From Deltaproteobacteria bacterium (GTDB lineage: Bacteria; Myxococcota_A; Polyangia; Polyangiales; Houyiibacteriaceae): DNA of 64,000 bases. A program made the position numbers and the translations under genes. The DNA lies in NCBI GenBank assembly GCA_034670305.1, contig JAXMNT010000001.1:160001-224000 (forward strand), read 5' to 3'. The notes beneath the pieces were generated by a model that had not been told where the DNA came from, searched no databases, and saw only the letters and a list, made by a program, of their open reading frames with translations. Of this stretch, positions 28,772 to 36,340 are shown one piece after another (the stretch's first letter is position 1; the number at the start of each line of letters is the position of its first letter).

Positions 28772-30607
28772 ATGCACCTTTGTTCGAATCGAGTCGCCTT
28801 GCTCTCCGTGGCGGCGACCGCGGCTTGCCTGGCATTCACGGGCTGCGCGGTCGATCGCAGCGGCCTCGGTGTGACGTTGGACGGCGGGTTCGACGCGCCG
28901 ATGCCCGACGTGGGCACGGACGTCGGCGAAGACGCGTCCTTCGACGCCGGGAGCGACGGTGGCCTTTGCCCGAGGCCCGGTCCCCTCGAGGAGCTGACCG
29001 CGGTGCCGAGCAGCGGCACCATCGGTGACCCGAACCTCCACCGCGTGACCGATGGTCTGGAGCTGCTCGTCCAGCCGTTCCGACTCGGGGCCCTTCGGGT
29101 GAAGGCGTTCCGACGCGCGCTGATCGACGAGGACGCACCGTCCACCGTGGTGACCGAGACGCCAACCGGCGTGGCCTACCGAGCACTCGAGGTCCCGTCG
29201 GCGGAAGGGGTGATCGAAGGACTCGGCCTCACCGCCGACGACGACGAGTTCACGATGACCTTCGTCGGCGAGATCTTCCTCGAAGCGGGCACGCACCGGT
29301 TGGTCGTCGACGCGGACGACTTCGCCGTACTCGAGATCGGCACGCTCTCACCGGTTCAGATCGTGGCGCGTCTCTCGGAGACAACCACCCACGACGTGAC
29401 GGTCGGCACCGAAGGCTGGTTCGAGTTTCGGGCGGCGCTCCACGACCGCGGTGGACCTGCCGAACTGTCGGTAGAACACACGCCACCCGGCGGTGCCTCC
29501 GGCCCGATCTCGCCCAGCCGGTTCCGCATCGAGCCGCGGCTCGCCGGCCGTGAAGTGTGGTCGTGGGACGATACGAACGGACGCGGAGAACCGCTCGCCC
29601 GCCGCCTCGACTTCGACACCACCAACCGAGACTACGGCGCAGGCAATCCGGGCGACCTCGGCCTCGCCGACGACGGCTGGACGGCCCGCTGGGTCGGACG
29701 CGTCCAGCTCGGCGCCAACCCTTCCCTCTTTCTCCGCTCCGACGACCGCCATCGGGTCTGGTTGGACGGCGTGTTCCTCGGAGGCGCCGAAGCGCTCGTG
29801 CCGTCCGAAGCCACGTACCCGACCGGCGCCCCGGCCGGGTGGCACGACCTGGTGCTCGAGCTCACCGACGCGACCGACGACGCAGAACTTCGATGCACCA
29901 TCGACGGTGCGACGCTGACGGCCGATCGGTTCGAACCGAGGACCCGCTTCGGAGGCGAGGTCTACGCCGTGGGCAGCGTCTCGTCGCTCACGGTCGGGGT
30001 GGGCGAAGCCGCGTCGGAGATGGTCGCGCTCGTCGCACCGGACGGCCGCGCGACCGTCGAGACCACGGCCATCTTCTCGGCCGCGGACCTGTCTGCGCTG
30101 CGGGTCGTCATCACCGGACCGGACGGGGTCGTGGCCAACCACTCCGCCGACGAAGCGGCCATGCCCTGGGGCGCGGGACGGTGGGCGATCCGCCACGTTC
30201 GCACCACCGACGAGCCGAACGGGAACTGGCGCTTCGAGGTGCGCAATGCGTCGTCGGCTTCGGTGTCGGTCGAGACCCTGGGCGTCGTGGCACATGTGGG
30301 CGCCGACCCCGCACCGCACGCGTTGTCGGGTGTCTTCACCTCGGGGGTCGTCGACCTCGGGGGCGTGCGACTGATCGAAACGGCGGCGCTCGACGGCGAC
30401 GTGCTGCCCGACACCGAAGTCGTGGTTGCGGTGCGTGCGGCGGCGTCCATGGCGGAGCTGGCCTCAGCCGGCTTCCGAACCGCGACCGAAGGAGCGCTCG
30501 ATGGCGTGCTCGGCCGGTTCGTCCAGGTCCGCTGGACCTTGCGAGGCCCCGGCCACACCACGCCTCGGGTGCGCGGCGCGATGTTGTCCGGCCGCTCCTG
30601 CTTCTGA
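28772..30607 (+). CDS. Lipoprotein with two PA14-like beta domains
   Basis: Lipobox FTGC; DEFTMTFVGEI...DADD and DGWTARWVG...RSDD PA14-type motifs. Confidence 0.75.
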   Translation: MHLCSNRVALLSVAATAACLAFTGCAVDRSGLGVTLDGGFDAPMPDVGTDVGEDASFDAGSDGGLCPRPGPLEELTAVPSSGTIGDPNLHRVTDGLELLVQPFRLGALRVKAFRRALIDEDAPSTVVTETPTGVAYRALEVPSAEGVIEGLGLTADDDEFTMTFVGEIFLEAGTHRLVVDADDFAVLEIGTLSPVQIVARLSETTTHDVTVGTEGWFEFRAALHDRGGPAELSVEHTPPGGASGPISPSRFRIEPRLAGREVWSWDDTNGRGEPLARRLDFDTTNRDYGAGNPGDLGLADDGWTARWVGRVQLGANPSLFLRSDDRHRVWLDGVFLGGAEALVPSEATYPTGAPAGWHDLVLELTDATDDAELRCTIDGATLTADRFEPRTRFGGEVYAVGSVSSLTVGVGEAASEMVALVAPDGRATVETTAIFSAADLSALRVVITGPDGVVANHSADEAAMPWGAGRWAIRHVRTTDEPNGNWRFEVRNASSASVSVETLGVVAHVGADPAPHALSGVFTSGVVDLGGVRLIETAALDGDVLPDTEVVVAVRAAASMAELASAGFRTATEGALDGVLGRFVQVRWTLRGPGHTTPRVRGAMLSGRSCF

Positions 30608-30669
30608 GCGGCGGGAGCGGCGGACCAACGACGCCTGAGCTTCGGACCAACGAGCAGCAGCGACGCGGG

Positions 30670-30748
30670 CTGGTTCTGCTGCTGCGTCTGTCGCTGCGTC
30701 TGTCGCTGCCACTGCCGCTGCGCCTGCCGCTGCGGCAGTCGCTGCCCA
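30670..30748. repeat. Degenerate (CTGNNN) hexamer array between convergent genes
   Basis: ctgctgctgcgtctgtcgctgcgtctgtcgctgccactgccg... Confidence 0.7.
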
Positions 30749-30757
30749 TGGCGCTGG

Positions 30758-31321
30758 TCAGGCGCGCGGGTCGTCGGGGCCGATCAGCGCGCCGTCCAGC
30801 GTGATGCCGTTCTGCACCACCGCGAGGTAGATCACCGGGATGTCCGAGATGGCGGTGAGCGCGTGCACGTCGTCGACGCCGCTCACGACCCGGTCGCCCC
30901 GGCCGTGCCGCTTCTTGGTCGCCTCGTCGAGGAGTTCGCCCTGCAGCACCACCACGATCTCGGTGCCGGCGTGGCCGTGTTCCGCGAAGCTGCCGCCGAC
31001 TTCGATTTGCACGAATCCGGTGATCGCATTCGTCGTCGAGGGACCCCCTTCGAAGTGCAGCAGCTGCACGCCGGCCAAGGGCCCCGGCTCCCACGAAGAA
31101 GGGTGGTCGATGCTCAGCAGCAGCGCCTCGGTGGCGTCCTCATCGAGGTCGCAATCGCCCGCGATCTGGCCGAGCAGGTCTTCCCATCGGTGGGTCTTGG
31201 ACACGTTCGCGAAGAGCCGTGCCCGCAAGCTGGCCGGAAGCGGCAACCGCCCGGTGACAACGGCGCTGAGTGCCTCGAGCGTTTCGGGTGTCTCGAGGTC
31301 GTCGGGGTCATCGGGTGTCAT
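30758..31321 (-). CDS. Cupin-domain (ChrR-like) putative anti-sigma factor
   Basis: PASLRARL linker, FAEHGHAGTEIVVVLQG and DVHAL cupin metal motifs; overlaps the sigma gene stop. Confidence 0.8.
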   Translation of the reverse strand: MTPDDPDDLETPETLEALSAVVTGRLPLPASLRARLFANVSKTHRWEDLLGQIAGDCDLDEDATEALLLSIDHPSSWEPGPLAGVQLLHFEGGPSTTNAITGFVQIEVGGSFAEHGHAGTEIVVVLQGELLDEATKKRHGRGDRVVSGVDDVHALTAISDIPVIYLAVVQNGITLDGALIGPDDPRA

Positions 31322-31935
31322 GGCGCACCGTCTTTCTCCCCCGGTCTGCGGGCCGGTCTTGCGGGCGCCGATTCAGCGTCCGATTCGGCGTCCGATTCGT
31401 TCACATCGGCGCGCAGTTTGCGCAGCCCCGCCGCGATGCGCGACTTCACCGTGCCGATCGGGATCGCCAACGCCTCGGCGATCTCCCGACTGGACATGCC
31501 GCCGAAGTACCCGAGCACCAGCACCTGCCGCTGTTCGGTGGGCAGCTGTTCGAGCAAGGGCGCGACCTTGGCGGCGTCTGCGTCCCGCTCCGGATCCGCG
31601 TCGGAGGTCCGGCCGTCGATGTCGATGGTGCGGCGCCGCGAGACCGCGGCAGACTTGATGTAGTCGAGGCAGCGCGACCGCATCCGGAGCACGAGCCAGC
31701 CGCGGACGCTGGACCGGCCGGGATCGTAGGTGTGTGCCTTGCGCCAGACCTCGAGGAAGACGTCGTGCAGCACATCTTCGGCCTTGGCGCGGTCACCGAC
31801 GATCCGCGTGCCGATCGCCAGCAGCAACCCCCCGAATTCGTCGTAGAGGCCGCCAAGCGCGTTCCGATCTCCTCCAGCGACGGCCCGCACGAGCTTCGTC
31901 GCGGCCGATCGGTCCATCGGGAGGCGTTCGGTCAT
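31318..31935 (-). CDS. ECF sigma-70 factor (SigK/RpoE-like)
   Basis: AEDVLHDVFLEVWRKAHTYDPGR, region 4 YFGGMSSREIAEALAIPIGTVKSRI. Confidence 0.92.
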   Translation of the reverse strand: MTERLPMDRSAATKLVRAVAGGDRNALGGLYDEFGGLLLAIGTRIVGDRAKAEDVLHDVFLEVWRKAHTYDPGRSSVRGWLVLRMRSRCLDYIKSAAVSRRRTIDIDGRTSDADPERDADAAKVAPLLEQLPTEQRQVLVLGYFGGMSSREIAEALAIPIGTVKSRIAAGLRKLRADVNESDAESDAESAPARPARRPGEKDGAP

Positions 31936-31975
31936 TCGGAGGGAGCATAGCGTCATCTGGGGGCTCGTGAAGCAG

Positions 31976-32001
31976 TACGGCCGACCGGGCGTTCGAGATC
32001 G
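31976..32001 (-). promoter_or_regulatory. ECF promoter motif CGATCT-N16-CGTA upstream of the sigma gene
   Basis: Minus strand reads cgatct cgaacgcccggtcggc cgta; twin of the motif at 32187-32212. Confidence 0.6.
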
Positions 32002-32186
32002 GCACTCGCCGTGCATTCGCGTGGCGGCGCGGCTCCCAGACCTTGGTCCGCCGTTCGCTGCGCTTCCGACGGCCATCGTGCGATCCGCCCGGCGCTTGCC
32101 ACCCATTCCACACCCGGGAGACCGATCTGTCCCACGATGGGGACCGTTTGCGTGACACCCGGTGTCAGAAGAAATCATGATCAGGT

Positions 32187-32212
32187 CGATCCACGACCCG
32201 CGTTGGGTCGTA
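32187..32212 (+). promoter_or_regulatory. ECF promoter motif CGATCC-N16-CGTA upstream of the DUF4331 genes
   Basis: cgatcc acgacccgcgttgggt cgta. Confidence 0.6.
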
Positions 32213-32293
32213 GAGTCCGATTGGAGGGGCCAGTTTTGACACAGGCACCCCCAAATGAAGTACGCTTCGCCCAACTCAGGAGGGACTTTTTTG

Positions 32294-32941
32294 ATGAAAC
32301 CCAGATACATGGGGATCTTGGTGGTATCGGCGCTTGTTGCTGTTGCTGGCTTGACCTCGAACCAAAACCCCGCGCAGGCGGCGGACCACGGTGACCCCGA
32401 CGGTCTTGCTGCACCTGTGGACGGACAGGCGGACATCGCCGACTTCTACGCATGGCACCGGGACGGCACCACCGTCTTCGCCATCAGCCTGCTCGGCGCG
32501 CAGCCCGCGACCGCCGCAGCCGACCTCGCGTACGACCGCGACGTGCTTCACGGCATCCACATCGACACGGACGGCGACAGCGTGCCGGACGAGAACATCT
32601 GGGTCCGCTTCGGCCAGGACGCTGACGACGCCTGGGGCATTCAGGTCAGCGGCGTGCCCGGTACGGACGCCGCCATCGAAGGCGCCGTCGAGACCACCCT
32701 CTCGAGCGGCAGCGTGCAGGTCTTCGCCGGCCTTCGCGACGATCCCTTCTTCTTCGACGTCGCCGGCTTCACGAACACCGTGTCCAGCGGCAACCTCGCG
32801 TTCTCGGGTCTCACCGACGCGGGTCCGGTCGACGGCATCGCCGGCGCCAACTCCACGCTCATCGTGATCGAGGTCCCGACCGCGGACATCGGCGCGACCG
32901 CTTTCCAGACCTGGGCCACCTCCGGCCGGATTGGAACATGA
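32294..32941 (+). CDS. Secreted DUF4331-family protein (N-terminal type)
   Basis: Signal peptide, AADHGD, ADIADFYAW, VFAGLRDDPFFFD. Confidence 0.85.
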   Translation: MKPRYMGILVVSALVAVAGLTSNQNPAQAADHGDPDGLAAPVDGQADIADFYAWHRDGTTVFAISLLGAQPATAAADLAYDRDVLHGIHIDTDGDSVPDENIWVRFGQDADDAWGIQVSGVPGTDAAIEGAVETTLSSGSVQVFAGLRDDPFFFDVAGFTNTVSSGNLAFSGLTDAGPVDGIAGANSTLIVIEVPTADIGATAFQTWATSGRIGT

Positions 32942-33732
32942 TCATGAAGAACAAGAGCATTCTCTTCGCACTCATCCTCGGACTCACGGCCTTCGGCTGT
33001 GGCGACGACGACGCGGGTGGAACCGACTCCGGCATGGGCACGGACGCTCCGACGGGCGAAGACGCCCCGACGGGCGAAGACGCCCCGACCGGTGAAGACG
33101 CTCCGGGTGAAGACGCTCCGGTGGCCGACGGGTTCGACTTCCGCGACGACGCCCCCGAGGCCTACACGCGCCGCGACCGGATGGGCATGCCCGCCATCGC
33201 GACCGCCGTCATCACCTCGAAGGTCGACTACAACAACGACGACCCCGAGGACGACATCACGGAAGTGGACGCAGGCGAATTCGGCATGCTCCCCAAGTGG
33301 GCACCGGAGATCGCGACGAACCTCGGCAACCTTCACGAAGCCCTTCGTGAGGACTTCCTCGCGGCGGGTCTCCCGACGTGTGAAGACGCCCTGGCGGGAC
33401 CCTCCCCGGCGAACGCCATTCCCTGCGCCACGCAGGCCGTGGACGGCGCCGAAGGCCCGAGCATCCTCAGCCTCATCGTGCCGGACACCCTCTCCCTCGA
33501 CACCACGGTGGCGGCGGGCGAGCGTGGATTCCCGAACGGCCGCGCGCCGGCCGATCCGGTCGTCGACGTGACGCTTGCGATCGTCCTGCTCGACATGACG
33601 GCCGACGGTGTCAACGCGCTCTCGTTCGTCGAGTTCGACGGTCCCTCGGACGTCGACGGTGTGAACCCGACGGCCAACGACGTCGCGTTCGACACGACGT
33701 TCCCGTACTTCGCCGCGCCGCACACGCCCTGA
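32938..33732 (+). CDS. DUF4331-family lipoprotein (C-terminal type) with GEDAP repeats
   Basis: Lipobox AFGC, DRMGMPAIATA, GFPNGRAPADPVVDVTL, NDVAFDTTFPYFAAPH. Confidence 0.85.
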   Translation: MIMKNKSILFALILGLTAFGCGDDDAGGTDSGMGTDAPTGEDAPTGEDAPTGEDAPGEDAPVADGFDFRDDAPEAYTRRDRMGMPAIATAVITSKVDYNNDDPEDDITEVDAGEFGMLPKWAPEIATNLGNLHEALREDFLAAGLPTCEDALAGPSPANAIPCATQAVDGAEGPSILSLIVPDTLSLDTTVAAGERGFPNGRAPADPVVDVTLAIVLLDMTADGVNALSFVEFDGPSDVDGVNPTANDVAFDTTFPYFAAPHTP

Positions 33733-33773
33733 GTGTGATGGCCAGGCTCCTCTCCGAGGAGCCCACTTGAACC

Positions 33774-33809
33774 GGGGTCCGCGTTTCGACGCGGGCCCTG
33801 TTCTTCTTT
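33774..33809 (+). terminator. Intrinsic terminator
   Basis: gggtccgcgt-ttcg-acgcgggccc followed by tgttcttcttt. Confidence 0.65.
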
Positions 33810-33859
33810 AAGGGCGCGTCTTCTTCAAGCATGCGGCCGCGCCTGCTACAGCCCCTCTG

Positions 33860-35191
33860 ATGTTCCGTTTGGGTTGGCCGTGGTGGGAAGCCGCCCCTGT
33901 GTCCGTGCTGCCTGTGTGCGTGCTGCCTGTGTGCGTGTTGGCGTGTGTTCTCCTGGCCTGCGGATCCACCGAGCCACCAAGCAGCGACCTCGCCCCCTCC
34001 GTCGAGCCCGTGGAGGCCGTGGAGCGGTCGTATCCCGACTCCGACTACGGCCGCGCGCTCCGCGACTCCGATGTTCGGCTCGCGGATCTTCGGACCCGGC
34101 TCGACACCCCGGGCGCGCTTCACCGCCAAGCGTACGTCGCCGCGTTGCTGGATCGGGCCCGGCTCGTTGGCGGGGTCACGGACTACGCGGCCGCCCTCGC
34201 CGCGCTCGAAGATCTCCAGGCGCAATTGCCACGCGAGCAGTGGCCGCACAGCATCGCCGCGGGCGTCTACGCGTCGGTGCACCGGCTCGACGCAGCCGAA
34301 GACGCGCTCGACGGAGCGCAGCGCCGGATCCTCGGCGCCAACCACGCCGCGATCGCCGCCGCCCGCGGCGACCTCTACCTCCACCGGGGTCTCTTCGAGG
34401 TGGCCCACGCGCTGTTCGAGGAGTCCGAGCAGCGCAGCCCGCACGGCGGCGCCGCGAGCCACGTGGCCTACTACCACTGGCAACTCGGCGACTACGCGGC
34501 CGCCGACGCCGAGCTCGATCGCCTCACGCTGTTGCGCGGCCGCCATCTGGCGTACCTCGAGTTCACCCGCGGCATGCTCGACTTCGCGCAGGGCCGACAC
34601 GGCGAAGCGCTCGCGCACTACGAAGCGGCGGACGACGCGTTCTCCGGTTGGCCGCTCGTCTGGGAACACATGGCCGAGGTGCACCAAGCCGAAGGCCGAC
34701 TCTTCCTCGCGGAGGCGCTGTACCGCCGGGTCGTCGAACTCACCGAGAGCCCAAGCGCGATGACGATGCTCGCGCTCTGCGTGGACGCCGACGAAGCCGC
34801 CTACTGGTTGCGGCGCGCGGAGCAACTGCATCGACGGGACCTCGAGCTCTTGCCCGAAGCGTCGGCCGGCCACGCGCTCGACTACTTCCTGCACCACGGC
34901 GACCCCGCCGAAGCGCTCGACCTCGCCATCCGCAACCACGGCTTGCGACCGGGCGGCGAAGCGACGGTGAAGTTCGCCCAAGCGCTGTGCAACGACGGCG
35001 CCTGGCACCTCGCCGCAGCCCGCCTCGACCGGCTGCACGCCACCACCCCCTTCCGCTCGCCAGAGAGCCTCGCCACCGCCGCCCTCGCCCACCGACAGCA
35101 GGGCGGCGAGGCCCGCGCCGCCGAGCTCGAATCCGAAGCCAACCAACTGCACCCGGACGCCATCTCCCTCGTCGCCTGGCTCACCCCCTGA
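33860..35191 (+). CDS. TPR-repeat lipoprotein
   Basis: Lipobox LLAC, repeated TPR-like helices; start uncertain. Confidence 0.8.
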   Translation: MFRLGWPWWEAAPVSVLPVCVLPVCVLACVLLACGSTEPPSSDLAPSVEPVEAVERSYPDSDYGRALRDSDVRLADLRTRLDTPGALHRQAYVAALLDRARLVGGVTDYAAALAALEDLQAQLPREQWPHSIAAGVYASVHRLDAAEDALDGAQRRILGANHAAIAAARGDLYLHRGLFEVAHALFEESEQRSPHGGAASHVAYYHWQLGDYAAADAELDRLTLLRGRHLAYLEFTRGMLDFAQGRHGEALAHYEAADDAFSGWPLVWEHMAEVHQAEGRLFLAEALYRRVVELTESPSAMTMLALCVDADEAAYWLRRAEQLHRRDLELLPEASAGHALDYFLHHGDPAEALDLAIRNHGLRPGGEATVKFAQALCNDGAWHLAAARLDRLHATTPFRSPESLATAALAHRQQGGEARAAELESEANQLHPDAISLVAWLTP

Positions 35192-35288
35192 GAACGAAGT
35201 CGCGGTCGCAGTGGAGCGGGGGTTCTGCGACGGAACTCCCCCCACTCCCCCACAACTCCCCCGAACTCTCCCCAAAACGGTTTCGGAT

Positions 35289-35448
35289 TCGGCAGCGGCA
35301 GTGGCAGCGGCAGCGGCAGTGGCAGTGGCACCAGCAGTCACAGCATCAGCGACAGCCCATGCTCTCCTTCGGAGTCGCGCGGTTTGTAGCCTCTCCTTCG
35401 GAAGTCGGCTCCTTCGTCCTTCGGACTCGGAGTGACCTGGGGGTGGGC
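35289..35448 (+). repeat. 160-bp direct repeat, copy 1 (hexamer array plus 5' part of leader)
   Basis: Matches 36080-36239 with two mismatches seen. Confidence 0.93.
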
Positions 35449-35626
35449 TTGCTGGCTCGGCGGGATCTTGATGGTGGCGGAGTGCTCGGGCGCGTCAAGG
35501 GTGCCTTCGGCCCCAGCCTTCGGAAGGCTGGCTTCGCCCTTGACCCGCCCTCCGCTCTCCACCGGGGGCGCACGGGGTGCGCCGCCGAGCAATGTCGCTC
35601 TGGTGTGTGGCGCGTTGGAGGCTGTG
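35384..35626 (+). ncRNA. Putative structured leader RNA, copy A
   Basis: Homologous to 40855-41100 and 46423-46657; cUUCGg loops and compensatory stem changes. Confidence 0.65.
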
Positions 35627-35938
35627 ATGATTGTTCTCGAATCTTGTTTCGTTCTCGTTGGTGAGTTGCGCGGGGTGCTGGCGGCTGTTTCTCGCCGGGA
35701 CCGTTCGCTGGGTGACCAGATGCGGCGGGCGGCTCAGTCCGTCGTTCTGAACTGCGCCGAAGCGAAGAACGCGCGGGGCAAGCGGAGCGTGGACCGCTTC
35801 TCCATCGCATACGGCGAAGCGAGTGAGCTGAAGGCGGCTCTTCGGTTGGTGCGGTTGTTCGGCTACGCGGAGGTTGGCGAGGAGGTGATGCGGCGGTGCG
35901 ACGAGGTCTGCGCGATGTTGTATCGGCTCAGTCGCTAG
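35627..35938 (+). CDS. Four-helix-bundle protein (23S rRNA IVP / Avd-like family)
   Basis: GGAGG RBS; DRSLGDQMRRAAQSVVLNCAEA and FSIAYGEASEL family motifs. Confidence 0.88.
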   Translation: MIVLESCFVLVGELRGVLAAVSRRDRSLGDQMRRAAQSVVLNCAEAKNARGKRSVDRFSIAYGEASELKAALRLVRLFGYAEVGEEVMRRCDEVCAMLYRLSR

Positions 35939-35968
35939 ACCGGCTGCGAGGCCCGCGCGAGTCGCGGG

Positions 35969-36147
35969 CCTCGGCGTCGGCAGCGCCAGGGGCAGCGGCT
36001 TTCGGCGTCGGCTTTGGCGTCGGCCTCGGCTTCGGCCTCGGCGTCGGCCTCGGCGTCGGCTTCGGCGTCGGCCTCGGCATCGGCAGCGGCAGTGGCAGTG
36101 GCAGCGGCAGTGGCAGTGGCACCAGCAGTCACAGCATCAGCGACAGC
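35969..36147. repeat. Hexamer array, (TCGGCN)n grading into (GGCAGY)n
   Basis: cggcgtcggcctcggcttcggcctcggcgt...ggcagcggcagtggcagt. Confidence 0.85.
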
Positions 36148-36239
36148 CCGTGCTCTCCTTCGGAGTCGCGCGGTTTGTAGCCTCTCCTTCGGAAGTCGGC
36201 TCCTTCGTCCTTCGGACTCGGAGTGACCTGGGGGTGGGC
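36080..36239 (+). repeat. 160-bp direct repeat, copy 2 (contains a truncated leader)
   Basis: Near-identical to 35289-35448; diverges after gggtgggc. Confidence 0.93.
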
Positions 36240-36340
36240 CTCCGTCGGATCAGGCGGCACGGCCTGCCCCAATCTGTCACTCCCCCGCCCTCGGTTTCGG
36301 CCGCCCTGACCGCGCCGCGTCAGGTGCTATCTTCCGGCCT

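Noticed and set aside
25531-29145. 1204-aa minus-strand ORF and similar long antisense ORFs (36401-39688, 47081-50278, 52212-55034)
   Set aside because: Shadow frames of high-GC genes; the opposite strand carries recognisable motifs
33039-33120. GEDAP(T) repeats as a separate DNA element
   Set aside because: In-frame lipoprotein tether with synonymous variation, like other DAP/DAG linkers in this window
35432-35626. N-terminal extension of the four-helix-bundle ORF (168-aa call in the ORF track)
   Set aside because: The RBS and the paralog both point to the ATG at 35627; upstream conservation fits base pairing and includes indels between copies
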